Source: Clostridia bacterium (GTDB lineage Bacteria > Bacillota > Clostridia > Oscillospirales > CAG-382). Taken from it: DNA of 64,000 bases. Positions 8,889-18,000 of the stretch are shown in pieces. Within the stretch, counting starts at the first letter, position 1. The number at the start of each line of letters is the position of its first letter. Under the pieces are notes generated by a model that made no database searches, had not been told where the DNA came from, and was given only the letters and a program-made list of their open reading frames with translations. The stretch lies in the NCBI GenBank assembly GCA_017429165.1, contig JAFRPL010000019.1, positions 43,891 to 107,890 of the forward strand. The letters run 5' to 3'. The position numbers and the translations under genes are program-made.

Positions 8889-8975
8889 GTTGCACACCGG
8901 TTGCACACCAAACAGACAGAAAGCCCGTAAAATCAGGGGTTTTCGGGCTTTGTGTCTGGTTACCCGCAGCAGATC
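8889..8975. repeat. Right attachment region of the IME
   Basis: Direct repeat GTTGCACACC x2 (8889, 8900); 15-bp inverted repeat with 1 mismatch (8913-8958) abutting the parA breakpoint. Confidence 0.7.
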
Positions 8976-9118
8976 GTTAAATCGCCCTGCGGGTCACAGT
9001 CCACAAGAAGGACTCGCTTTCCCTGACGGGCAAGCCCGACGCCGAGATTGAACGTCGTTGTGGTTTTGCCGACACCGCCCTTTTGATTGGCGACGGCAAT
9101 GACCTTGCATTTGCTCAC
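8960..9118 (-). pseudogene. parA: 5' fragment (52 aa) of a ParA/Soj ATPase interrupted by the IME
   Basis: [52 protein letters not shown]; deviant Walker A and A' motifs, then an abrupt stop; GTGA overlap with the upstream ORF. Confidence 0.9.
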
Positions 9119-9393
9119 GAATACACCCTCCTTTTAAGAGACCTTTCATAAGAATCGAGCAGGTTCAGCTCGTCGGCAAAGGCTTCAAGATCATCGATGA
9201 TGAACAAGTCGCTTTGCCACTGTCCGGGCCAGACTGCACAGATTTTTGTTTCTCCTTTTGTTGCACGGAAGTATGCTTCAATACGAGAATACTCATCCGT
9301 CAGCTGGACAAGCTTTCCGTCGTTGAAGACCTCGAAATAACACACGGTCCTCATTCGATACGGAAAGCACCCTGTTTCTTTTGCGCTACGCAT
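9115..9393 (-). CDS. Hypothetical protein (ICE-associated)
   Basis: 92-aa ORF with strong RBS (AGGAGG), translationally coupled to parA; [17 protein letters not shown] motif. Confidence 0.75.
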   Translation of the reverse strand: MRSAKETGCFPYRMRTVCYFEVFNDGKLVQLTDEYSRIEAYFRATKGETKICAVWPGQWQSDLFIIDDLEAFADELNLLDSYERSLKRRVYS

Positions 9394-9409
9394 AGATTTC
9401 CTCCTAAAT

Positions 9410-10120
9410 CTTTATTTGGTCACAGATGGGGACGTGACCATGTAATGCCCACCATAGCCAACTAAGGCAGTGGGCTGAACACGAAAAGGTCGTGAGGCCG
9501 TTCCACTCAACGGATAAATACCCGTACTATTTGTGGCATGTAAAATCACACGGAGGAAAGGTGGATTTCTAATCGAAACCGAGGAAACTCCGTTTGACAC
9601 AAGAAGGAGTGCATACCTATTAGTAAGGTATGTAAATCCGCGCAGAGTGAGGTAAGGGAAAATGATAACCCACTAAGCCTCTGCGCAGACTGTTATCCAG
9701 CCGGATAACGGGCAGAAAGGAGACATACCGCTGAGATTGACGGTATGTAAAGCCGCAGTATTTGCCACGCACCCCCTGCGGTAAACCTTTTTTCAAAAGG
9801 TAGGGAAAACATCAAGCGACTGTTTGCTTTACAGTCTCATGGGACTCTCACCCCCGCGCCTTCATTATGGCCCGGCCGCGAATTACGGAAGTATCATTAT
9901 CATCGGACCTGTCGTTGCCCGGAGAGGAGCAGCCTCTCCTTTACAGCACTGGATTCTCGCAAATGCGTACATGCTGCTTGGCTATCAGTCCGAATAACGT
10001 ACCTGACGCTTTGTTTATTCAGTTGTCAAGGAACAGCGAAGAGGCTGTCCCTTGCGGGAAGGTTTATCAGTCCCTTCATCTTCTTTGGACAAAGGGGTGC
10101 CAAAATACAACCCCCTAAAC
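9410..10120 (-). ncRNA. Putative long structured leader RNA of the ICE operon
   Basis: About 700 nt without a credible ORF; many hairpins; boxA-like GTTCCTTGACAACTGAATA (10034-10016); GGGGTGAGAGTCCC hairpin (9854-9841). Confidence 0.5.
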
Positions 10121-10187
10121 AAAAAAACAAAAATTTTTTTGAGTGCAAAAAAATCCCGACCATTTCTGATCGGGATGAATGTATGAT

Positions 10188-11576
10188 CTATTTGTCTTTC
10201 CACTCGAAATATCGCTTTCGTATAAAAGCTATATCGGAGCCTGTATCGGTCCGTATGTATATGTTTTTTCTTTTATATATTCCTTTTATTTTCTCGGCGT
10301 ACTCCAGTTCACTGTCGCTCTTTTTATATGGCACTTTTATAAGATCAATACCGGCAGAAGAACACAAATGCTTTTTTACGCGTTCAATCTTTTCATCATA
10401 TATTTGAGCCTCAATTGCGAGTCTCTCTTCCGGAATTAGTACCTCTATGGGGATGCCTATCAGCTTTTCGTCATTCAGAATCGCTCTCTGTCCGCTTTGT
10501 TTTGCATAGTATGAAATGATCAGTTGAGGGAAAACCGCTAGATATTCTTTTTCGCAGGCAGGGCATATCTTATGTTCAAGCGTTCTGTCAGACACCTTAG
10601 CTTTACAAGAATGACCGTAGCGGCATTTCCACCAGTAGCTATACATTGAAAAGCGCGAGACGCGGGATGGAGAGATTTTATTCTTTTCAAAATCCCACTC
10701 TGCTATCAGCTCAGGATCTGTTGTCGCAAGGTCGTTATATCCCGGCATCACGCTTCGTTCCGTACAAACAGGACATTTAGATCCGTGAACTCTCGAAAAA
10801 ATGACCGCTTTCCATTCATATCCGCAGGTATGGCACTTCCACCATACGTTCAGTCGTGATTTATCGTTGATTTGGTCCGGTGACAGAGGATGATTTCGGG
10901 CTGACCATTCTTTTGAAAGCTCAGGTTGTGTAGTTGCTAAGTCATTGAATCCTTTCAGCAATTCAATCCCGCTGCAATACGGGCATTTACTTCCATAGGA
11001 ACGAGTGGAAATGAGGGCGTTCCATTCGTGTCCGAGTTTGCATTTCCACCACACCTTCTTGTTCGAGAACGCTGTGATCATATTCGGTGTTAAGGGAAGA
11101 TTACGATCCGACCATTCTTCGGCAACATCGGGACAGACGCTCGCCAAATCGTTGAATCCTTCCAATATCTTATTATGAGAGCAGTACGGACAGCCGCTGC
11201 CGCAAACTCTGTTTTTTATGACTGCCTCCCACTCGTGGCCGTATTTATCTCTCCATATTGCCTTTTTGTGCGAGGACCAGTGAACTTCTGTCGGTTTCAG
11301 TTCGTTTTTCGACGACCATTCACTGACCAAGTCCGGTCGCTTTGAAGCGAGATCATTGAAACCGGGCATAACTCTCATTCCGGCACAGTAAGGACACTTT
11401 TCTCCTGAAGATCTGCTTTTTGCACTGGCTTTCCACTCGTGACCGCAAGAGCCCTTCCACCAATAGAGTTTCTTTGAACCGTAGGTTATCTGCTCCGGGG
11501 TCAAAGGAGCATTTTTATCCGACCACTCACAAACAAGTTCGGGGTGAATCGAAGAAAAACTATTGTCCATATCCAA
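10188..11576 (-). CDS. Zinc-ribbon repeat protein (DUF4379-like), five repeats plus C-terminal domain
   Basis: Five copies of DLA..PEL..EW..KN..P..S.KK.WWKC..GHEW.A..R..G..CPYC. Confidence 0.88.
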   Translation of the reverse strand: MDMDNSFSSIHPELVCEWSDKNAPLTPEQITYGSKKLYWWKGSCGHEWKASAKSRSSGEKCPYCAGMRVMPGFNDLASKRPDLVSEWSSKNELKPTEVHWSSHKKAIWRDKYGHEWEAVIKNRVCGSGCPYCSHNKILEGFNDLASVCPDVAEEWSDRNLPLTPNMITAFSNKKVWWKCKLGHEWNALISTRSYGSKCPYCSGIELLKGFNDLATTQPELSKEWSARNHPLSPDQINDKSRLNVWWKCHTCGYEWKAVIFSRVHGSKCPVCTERSVMPGYNDLATTDPELIAEWDFEKNKISPSRVSRFSMYSYWWKCRYGHSCKAKVSDRTLEHKICPACEKEYLAVFPQLIISYYAKQSGQRAILNDEKLIGIPIEVLIPEERLAIEAQIYDEKIERVKKHLCSSAGIDLIKVPYKKSDSELEYAEKIKGIYKRKNIYIRTDTGSDIAFIRKRYFEWKDK

Positions 11577-11660
11577 TTCCGCCTTTCCGATTTCAAAACA
11601 ATTATATTGATTTTAGAGCAAAGGCGGTAGTATGCGATTTTGTGATCGGCGTATTAAAAC

Positions 11661-11700
11661 AAAAAAGGCCCCGGGAAACTTGTGATTTCCCGAGGTCTTT
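11661..11700 (-). terminator. Rho-independent terminator downstream of lysS
   Basis: Hairpin GACCTCGGGAAA...TTTCCCGGGGCC followed by a T tract on the minus strand. Confidence 0.7.
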
Positions 11701-11748
11701 CATAAAAAATATGCGATTTTCAGGGGTCTGCACGTTTTCATGCATCGA

Positions 11749-11826
11749 TTGTTGTACGATTGTTGTAAGTTTGTTGTAAGCTGCCGATTTTTGACCAAAA
11801 AACTATGAAGGACATTCATACAACAA
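11749..11826. repeat. TTGTTGTA x3 (11-bp period) plus one inverted copy; integrase arm-type sites
   Basis: Copies at 11749, 11760 and 11771; TACAACAA at 11819. Confidence 0.75.
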
Positions 11827-11837
11827 TTTCAGCGTTT

Positions 11838-13811
11838 TCAGTACAGTTTTGCACCTGCGGGGATGTGCGGGTCGACCTGCAGCAGATGCAGCTTCTCTTC
11901 GTCGCCCTCCTTGTGGACTGCGGAAATGAGCATACCGCAGGATTCGATGCCCATCATCGGGCGCGGAGGTAGATTAACGATGGCGATGCAGGTCTTGCCG
12001 ACGAGCTGTTCCGGCTCGTAGAACGCGTGGATTCCGCTTAAAATCGTGCGTTCCGTGCCTGTTCCGTCGTCAAGAGTGAACTTCAGAAGCTTCTTGGACT
12101 TAGGCACCGCTTCGCAGGCAAGCACCTTTACGGCGCGGAAATCGCTCTTTGAAAACGTCTCAAAGTCGACGAAATCTGCAAAAAGCGGTTCGATCTGAAC
12201 GTTCGAGAAGTCGGGTTTTTCAGCCGATATGATCGGCGCGCCTTCGATTGCGGGAGCGGTTTCAACGGGCTTTTCGGACGTCCCGGATTCACCGGACTTT
12301 TCGCCCTTTTTGTCGTCTATGGGCTTCATAGTCGGGAACAGCAGCACGTCGCGTATGGAGGCGCTGTCGGTGAGCAGCATGACGAGACGGTCTATGCCGA
12401 AGCCGAGTCCGCCGGTGGGCGCGAGCCCGTATTCGAGCGCGGTGACGTAATCGTAATCGACCTGCGCAGCGGTATCGGGTTCGGCTTTTTTCTTTTCCGC
12501 TACCTGGCGTTCGAAACGCTCTTTCTGGTCGACCGGATCGTTGAGTTCGGAAAAAGCGTTGCCGTATTCGGTGGCGTTGATAAAATACTCAAAACGTTCT
12601 GTGAACAGCGGGTCGTCGGCCTTTTTCTTGGCGAGCGGGCTTATTTCGACCGGGTAATCGTATATAAAAGTGGGCTGGATTAGGTTTTCTTCGACAAACG
12701 CGTCAAACAGCTCGGCGAGCACGGTTCCTCTGGTGGCGTCCGCCGGGACCGGAACGTGCTTTTCGGCCGCCGCGGCGCGGGCGTCTTCGTCGGACTTCCA
12801 GTCATAATAATCGACTCCGGCATATTTTTTGACCGATTCCGCCATAGTCATGCGTTCCCAGCGGCCCATATCGATCTGCGTGCCCTGATAGGTGATGACC
12901 CTGCCGCCGCATATCTTTTCCGCGAGCATGACGTAAAGCTCTTCTACGAGGTCCATCATCCCCTTGTAATCGGTGTACGCCTGATACAGCTCTATGGACG
13001 TGAATTCGGGGTTGTGCTTGGTGTCCATGCCTTCGTTGCGGAATATGCGCCCGACTTCGTAAACCTTGTCGAAACCGCCGACTATGAGCCGCTTGAGATA
13101 CAGCTCGGTCTCTATGCGCAGATACATATCCATATCCAGCGTGTTGTGGTGCGTTTTGAACGGGCGCGCGGTGGCGCCGATCTCGAACGGGGTGAGTATG
13201 GGAGTATCGACTTCCAAAAATCCCTTGCCGTCGAGATAAGCGCGGATCTCGGAAAGTATGCGCGAACGCTTGACGAAAGTTTCCTTTACCTCGGGATTGA
13301 CTATAAGATCGAGATACCGCTGACGGTAACGCGTGTCGACGTCCTTTAAGCCGTGGAATTTTTCGGGCAGCGGCAGCAGCGATTTTGCAAGCAGCGTGAG
13401 CGAATGAGCGTGCACCGATATTTCGCCGGTGCGCGTGAGGAAAACGAACCCCTTTATGCCGACGATATCGCCTATATCCATTTTTTTGAACGCCGAATAC
13501 GCTTCCTCGCCCAAGTCGTTTATGCTGATATAGCTCTGTATCGTTCCGCTGTTGTCGGCGATAGTGGCGAAGCTCGCCTTGCCCATTATGCGGCGCGACA
13601 TGATGCGGCCGGCGACCGAAACTTCTTTGTTTTCGTAAGACGCGAAATCGGCTTTGATCTGCGCGGCGAGCGAATCGCGGTCGTATTTGACTATTGTGAA
13701 CGGATCCCTGCCCGCGGCTTTGAGGTCTTCCAGCTTTTTGCGGCGCAGGAATATTTCGTTCTGCTGTTCGGAGGATTCCGCACGTTCGGTGCTTGTAAGT
13801 TCTTCGCTCAT
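11838..13811 (-). CDS. lysS: Lysine--tRNA ligase (class II) with C-terminal tRNA-binding (Trbp111/MetG-C-like) domain
   Basis: YRQRYLDL, FRNEG, HNPEF and GLGFGIDRL motifs; C-terminal OB-fold DFRAVKV...NLPPRPMMGIESCGM. Confidence 0.97.
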   Translation of the reverse strand: MSEELTSTERAESSEQQNEIFLRRKKLEDLKAAGRDPFTIVKYDRDSLAAQIKADFASYENKEVSVAGRIMSRRIMGKASFATIADNSGTIQSYISINDLGEEAYSAFKKMDIGDIVGIKGFVFLTRTGEISVHAHSLTLLAKSLLPLPEKFHGLKDVDTRYRQRYLDLIVNPEVKETFVKRSRILSEIRAYLDGKGFLEVDTPILTPFEIGATARPFKTHHNTLDMDMYLRIETELYLKRLIVGGFDKVYEVGRIFRNEGMDTKHNPEFTSIELYQAYTDYKGMMDLVEELYVMLAEKICGGRVITYQGTQIDMGRWERMTMAESVKKYAGVDYYDWKSDEDARAAAAEKHVPVPADATRGTVLAELFDAFVEENLIQPTFIYDYPVEISPLAKKKADDPLFTERFEYFINATEYGNAFSELNDPVDQKERFERQVAEKKKAEPDTAAQVDYDYVTALEYGLAPTGGLGFGIDRLVMLLTDSASIRDVLLFPTMKPIDDKKGEKSGESGTSEKPVETAPAIEGAPIISAEKPDFSNVQIEPLFADFVDFETFSKSDFRAVKVLACEAVPKSKKLLKFTLDDGTGTERTILSGIHAFYEPEQLVGKTCIAIVNLPPRPMMGIESCGMLISAVHKEGDEEKLHLLQVDPHIPAGAKLY

Positions 13812-13839
13812 AATGATTATTTTCCTTTTTTTGAATGTT

Positions 13840-14319
13840 TTACTTGGAAATGGATACCACGGTGCATCTGTAGATGCCCTTGGGAGTTTCTATATTGACG
13901 GTGTCGCCTTTGCGGGCGCCTATGAGCGCTTTGCCTATGGGCGAATCGTCCGAAACGCACTGGGGCACGGCGAACGGATCGGATTCGGTGGAACCGACCA
14001 CGCGGTATTCCGATTCTTTTTCGCGTTCGTAATCGTATATTTTTACGATATTGCCCACGCTGACCTTATCGGTCTTTACGTCGCTGTCGTCGAGCACGAC
14101 GGCGTTTTCTATGGTCTGTTCGAGGTTGGCGATGCGGTTTTCAACTTCCGCCTGCTCGTTCTTCGCCTCGTCGTATTCGCTGTTTTCCGAAAGGTCGCCG
14201 TAAGCGCGCGCCTTGGCTATTGCCTGAGCGACTTCTTTTCTTTTGACTGTTTTGAGGTATTCAAGTTCGGAATGGAGCTTTGCGTACCCTTCTTTAGAAA
14301 CAAAAATCTGTTTTGCCAT
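13840..14319 (-). CDS. greA: Transcription elongation factor GreA
   Basis: ARAYGDLSENSEYDEAKNEQ and SPIGKALIG. Confidence 0.97.
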   Translation of the reverse strand: MAKQIFVSKEGYAKLHSELEYLKTVKRKEVAQAIAKARAYGDLSENSEYDEAKNEQAEVENRIANLEQTIENAVVLDDSDVKTDKVSVGNIVKIYDYEREKESEYRVVGSTESDPFAVPQCVSDDSPIGKALIGARKGDTVNIETPKGIYRCTVVSISK

Positions 14320-14340
14320 TGTGAATTCTCCTGTATATGA

Positions 14341-15738
14341 TTATTGATTTACTACGCCGTTAAGCCATTCGAGCGCCGCCAGATACTGCAGGTCGTCGTC
14401 GGTGCCGCGCAGGAACGGATGAGCGGTAACGGTGAGACTCTGCTCGACTTCGATATCGGGCTTGACGCCTTTGAGATGATAGTTTTCGCCGAAAGGCGGA
14501 TTGTAATACGCCATGGAAACGCGGAATCCGCTGCGGTCGGAAAGATAATATATCTGCTGCATGGTGCCTTTGCCGTAGGTGGTCTCGCCTATGACGCAGG
14601 CGACGTTTTTGCCTTCGTGCGAATAATTCTGCAGCGCGCTGGTGAACAGTTCGCCGGCGGATGCGGTGTTGCCGTTGCAGAGCACGACGACGGGTTTATC
14701 CAGGCACGCGGAATCGGATTTTTCTTCGTAGACCTGCCCGTTGTACTGGACTATGGTGACTATGGGACCTTCGGGCAGCAACATGTCGAGCACTTCGCAG
14801 ATAATGCCCAGGTCGCCGCCGGGATTGTCGCGCACGTCAAAAATGTATCCCTTTACGTTTTTGGATTCGGCTTCTTCAAGCGCCGCTTTGAAATCCTCGA
14901 CCACATGGCCCGAAAACTCTTTTATGTTTATGAGAGCGTAGTCGCCGACGTAATCGGTATACACCGAGCAGGTGCGGACCTCGCCGCGCACGGGTCTTAT
15001 GGTGAGCGTTTCGCCGCCGCGTTCAATTACGAGCTTGACTTCGGTGCCCAGCTCGCCCGCCACGGAATTGACGCATTCGTCGTAGGTTTCGACCGAGACT
15101 TCTACGTCCTCTATGCTCTTTATGCGGTCGCCTATCTTAAGTCCGGCTTTTTCAGCGGGAGACCCGGGCATGACGCGCTCGATATAGAGCGACGAAGTGT
15201 CTTCGTCAAAATAGATATACACGCCTATGCCGTAAAGACGGCCCGCACTCTGTTCGGCGAGCTCTTCCATGTCCGCCTTGGTGTGGTACATCGTGAACGG
15301 ATCGCTGATGGCGTCGAAATAGGCGTAAAGCAGTTCGTCTTTTATTTCTTCCACGGGGACCGAAGTGTCTTTCAGAAGCCGGGCGCTCGCTTCTTCGAGC
15401 GCTTTTTCGACCTCCGCCTGATCTATGGCAAAGGGCGAATCGTCTTTGAAGACGTAAAGCGTTTCCACCGTGCGGCGCGCCTCGGCGACCAGCTGTTTGG
15501 CGGCGTTGACCGCGTCAAAACGGTCCCTGTCGATATCGCCTGCGACTGAGCGCAGCGTTTCAAGCTCGGTGCGTATGGCGGCGTTTTCGGCGGCGAGAGA
15601 CACGTTTTCGGTTTCGGCGGCGTCGAGCTTTTCTTCGTACTGCACCGATTTTATGCTTGCGGCGGCAACGAATGCCGCGCAGCCCACGGCCAGACACAGT
15701 ATGACGGCCGCAATAATGCTTATTCTGGGTTTTGTCAT
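14341..15738 (-). CDS. ctpA: S41 carboxyl-terminal processing protease (PDZ)
   Basis: GIGV PDZ motif, DVRDNPGG, TASAGE and GETTYGKG; N-terminal anchor. Confidence 0.9.
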   Translation of the reverse strand: MTKPRISIIAAVILCLAVGCAAFVAAASIKSVQYEEKLDAAETENVSLAAENAAIRTELETLRSVAGDIDRDRFDAVNAAKQLVAEARRTVETLYVFKDDSPFAIDQAEVEKALEEASARLLKDTSVPVEEIKDELLYAYFDAISDPFTMYHTKADMEELAEQSAGRLYGIGVYIYFDEDTSSLYIERVMPGSPAEKAGLKIGDRIKSIEDVEVSVETYDECVNSVAGELGTEVKLVIERGGETLTIRPVRGEVRTCSVYTDYVGDYALINIKEFSGHVVEDFKAALEEAESKNVKGYIFDVRDNPGGDLGIICEVLDMLLPEGPIVTIVQYNGQVYEEKSDSACLDKPVVVLCNGNTASAGELFTSALQNYSHEGKNVACVIGETTYGKGTMQQIYYLSDRSGFRVSMAYYNPPFGENYHLKGVKPDIEVEQSLTVTAHPFLRGTDDDLQYLAALEWLNGVVNQ

Positions 15739-15760
15739 ATTAAGAACACGTCCTTGAAAA

Positions 15761-17002
15761 TCAGTCGAAATAATGATGTATGTCGAGCGCTTTGAGTATG
15801 TATTTATCGAGATATTTCTTAGGATTGACTACTTCGCTGCCCTCGTATACCTGGAAATGCAGATGGTTGCCGGTGGAACGACCGGTGGAGCCGACCTTGC
15901 CTATGATCTGCCCCTGTATGACTTTTGCGCCGACGTTGACAAGACGTTTGGAAAGATGATGGTACGAAGTGTACGAACCGTCGTAATGCTGCACCTTGAT
16001 CCAGATGCCGGCGCTGCCGCCGTTATCGGTGCTTTCCACGACCACGCCGCTCTTGACGACCTGGACGGGCGTTCCGTACGGAGCCGCGATATCGACTCCC
16101 TTATGGGTGCGCAGCTCGCCGGTGAACGGGTCGCGGCGCGTGCCGTAGCCGCTGCTTATATAGCAGTTCTTCCAGTAAACGCTGTCTATGGGCCAGCAGA
16201 ACGAAGGATCTATATACGCTTTCTTTTCTTCTATCTGCTTGTTGAGCGCGTCGATCTTCTTCTGCAGCGCAGCCTGACGGTCGGCGTAATTCTGCGCTTC
16301 TTTTTCGCTGAGCTTGACGTCGCTGACGTAATCGCCGAGCTTGGTGTTAAGCTCTTCGAACAGCAACTGCTGTTCGCCCAGCATATTCTGTATATCTTCG
16401 TTGTACTGATCGAGATATCTGTACGATTTTGTAATCTCGGCGTAGGTGTTTTCAAGGTCGGTGGTGGCGGCTTCGATCTCGAGCTCTTTCTGTTTCATGC
16501 TTTCGAGTATATATCCCACATAATCCTTTTTGGTAAGATATTCCGAAAGCGAACCCGACGAAGCCATCAGTTCGAGATCGCTGGGTTTGCCGTACTTATA
16601 ATAGTTTATCAGAATATTGTCGTATAATTCATAAAGGTCGTTTATGCGCACGGTCTGTTCGCCTATACTGTCCTTAAGGCGCTGTATGACGCTTTCGTAA
16701 CCGTCGATGATCATTTCGGTCTGCTTCTGTTCAAGAGTCAGTTCGTCGATCTGCAGCTGGATAAGATCCATCTCTTTTTCGGTGCCGGCATACTGTTTCT
16801 GCGCGTCCCGAGCCGCTTTTTTGCTTTCGTCACGCTTTTGCTTTATGGCTTCCAGCTCCTTGGTAAGACGGCGCAGTTCTTCCTGGTCTTCGCCGATAGT
16901 AGTCTCCTTGGCGTCCGCGTGCGGAGCGACGTTGGAAAACGCTATGAGACAGAAGGCTATGACCATAACGAGCGAAAGCGCGAGCGATATTTGCTTTTTC
17001 AT
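15761..17002 (-). CDS. Coiled-coil M23 peptidase (EnvC-like murein hydrolase activator)
   Basis: Signal peptide, long coiled coil, HKGVD and GRSTGNHLHF; downstream of ftsEX. Confidence 0.9.
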   Translation of the reverse strand: MKKQISLALSLVMVIAFCLIAFSNVAPHADAKETTIGEDQEELRRLTKELEAIKQKRDESKKAARDAQKQYAGTEKEMDLIQLQIDELTLEQKQTEMIIDGYESVIQRLKDSIGEQTVRINDLYELYDNILINYYKYGKPSDLELMASSGSLSEYLTKKDYVGYILESMKQKELEIEAATTDLENTYAEITKSYRYLDQYNEDIQNMLGEQQLLFEELNTKLGDYVSDVKLSEKEAQNYADRQAALQKKIDALNKQIEEKKAYIDPSFCWPIDSVYWKNCYISSGYGTRRDPFTGELRTHKGVDIAAPYGTPVQVVKSGVVVESTDNGGSAGIWIKVQHYDGSYTSYHHLSKRLVNVGAKVIQGQIIGKVGSTGRSTGNHLHFQVYEGSEVVNPKKYLDKYILKALDIHHYFD

Positions 17003-17025
17003 GAACGTTTACCTCCTAAAAAGCT

Positions 17026-18000
17026 TTAAGCGTTGAGATAGCGCTTGACCGAGATGCCGCTGGCGATCACGCCCGCGAACAACCCCACGCCCAGGAAAGC
17101 GGCGGCTATGTACTTGGCAAATCCGCCGAACGGCGCGAGAGTGCCCAGACCGTAATTCAGCGCGATATCGGTTATGACATATGTGTAAAGGTAATACTGA
17201 ACGATGAACGCAAGCACGGCGGCGGCGAGACCTATGATTATGCCTTCAACAATGAACGGCATAACGACGAACGTCTTGGTGGCGCCGACGTAGCGCATGA
17301 CCGCGATCTCCTCGCGGCGGGCGAACATGCCGAGCCGTACGGTGTTCATTATGACGAACAGCGAAACTATGAGCAGCACCGCCATGAGCAGGCCGGCGAG
17401 CACGATCATGCCTTTTCTGGCGTTGCTGAATTTTTCCACGAGGCCTATGCGGTGGCGGGTGTCGGTTATGCCGGGGACAGTCTCCCTTACCCCGTTGGGG
17501 TTCATCACTTCTATTTTGAGGTTGCATACAAAGTTGTTGAGCGCTTCGGCCTGGACATCGTTTTCGAACGTGATCTCAAACGAATCGGGCAGCGGGTTGG
17601 CGCGCGTGGCGTGCGTGACGCCGCTTTCCTCCTCCTCGCCGGAGGGTTCGAAATACGGGGCGAGATAAACGTCGTCGCCGAAATCTTCTCTGAGCCGCTC
17701 GAGCGCTTCATCCTTGCCGACGAACACGCAGGTGACGCCTGCGGAATACTCGCTTATGCTCTTTTGCATATCGGCTATTTCTTTTTCGTCGGCGGAAGCC
17801 GAAATATACGCCATTATGACGTTTAAGTCTTTTACCTGCTCCAGGCTCTGGTTGAGTCCCGATATCACCAGCGAAAACGTTCCGATGATGAGCATGCAGC
17901 AGACGAGGATGAGCACCGAGGCGGTGGACATTATGGAATTGCGGAAAACGCCCACGAACCCCTGCCCTATGAGGTAAAAGAAATTGCGTATCATCTTCAT
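17026..18000 (-). CDS. ftsX: Cell division permease FtsX
   Basis: NPLPDS and NTVRLGMFARREEIAVMRYVGAT. Confidence 0.93.
   Translation of the reverse strand: MKMIRNFFYLIGQGFVGVFRNSIMSTASVLILVCCMLIIGTFSLVISGLNQSLEQVKDLNVIMAYISASADEKEIADMQKSISEYSAGVTCVFVGKDEALERLREDFGDDVYLAPYFEPSGEEEESGVTHATRANPLPDSFEITFENDVQAEALNNFVCNLKIEVMNPNGVRETVPGITDTRHRIGLVEKFSNARKGMIVLAGLLMAVLLIVSLFVIMNTVRLGMFARREEIAVMRYVGATKTFVVMPFIVEGIIIGLAAAVLAFIVQYYLYTYVITDIALNYGLGTLAPFGGFAKYIAAAFLGVGLFAGVIASGISVKRYLNA

Larger units (their letters stand above)
1..8962. mobile_element. Integrative mobilizable element (tyrosine integrase, MOB_P relaxase), left end outside window
   Basis: Relaxase, MobC, oriT candidate, Xis and integrase are present; no T4SS genes seen; right end coincides with truncation of a parA gene. 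Confidence 0.85.
8963..11850. mobile_element. Terminal segment of a larger ICE-like element integrated at the 3' end of lysS (continues left beyond the IME)
   Basis: Visibly more AT-rich than flanking host genes; parA operon and leader; arm-type repeats next to the lysS stop codon. Confidence 0.6.

Noticed and set aside
9490-9830. c-di-GMP riboswitch or pistol/twister ribozyme
   Set aside because: Only fragmentary resemblance; I could not place the required conserved cores or pseudoknots by eye
9841-9854. Group II intron suggested by GGGTGAGAGTCCC
   Set aside because: No GTGCG 5' end in the expected position, no domain V/VI and no RT ORF seen
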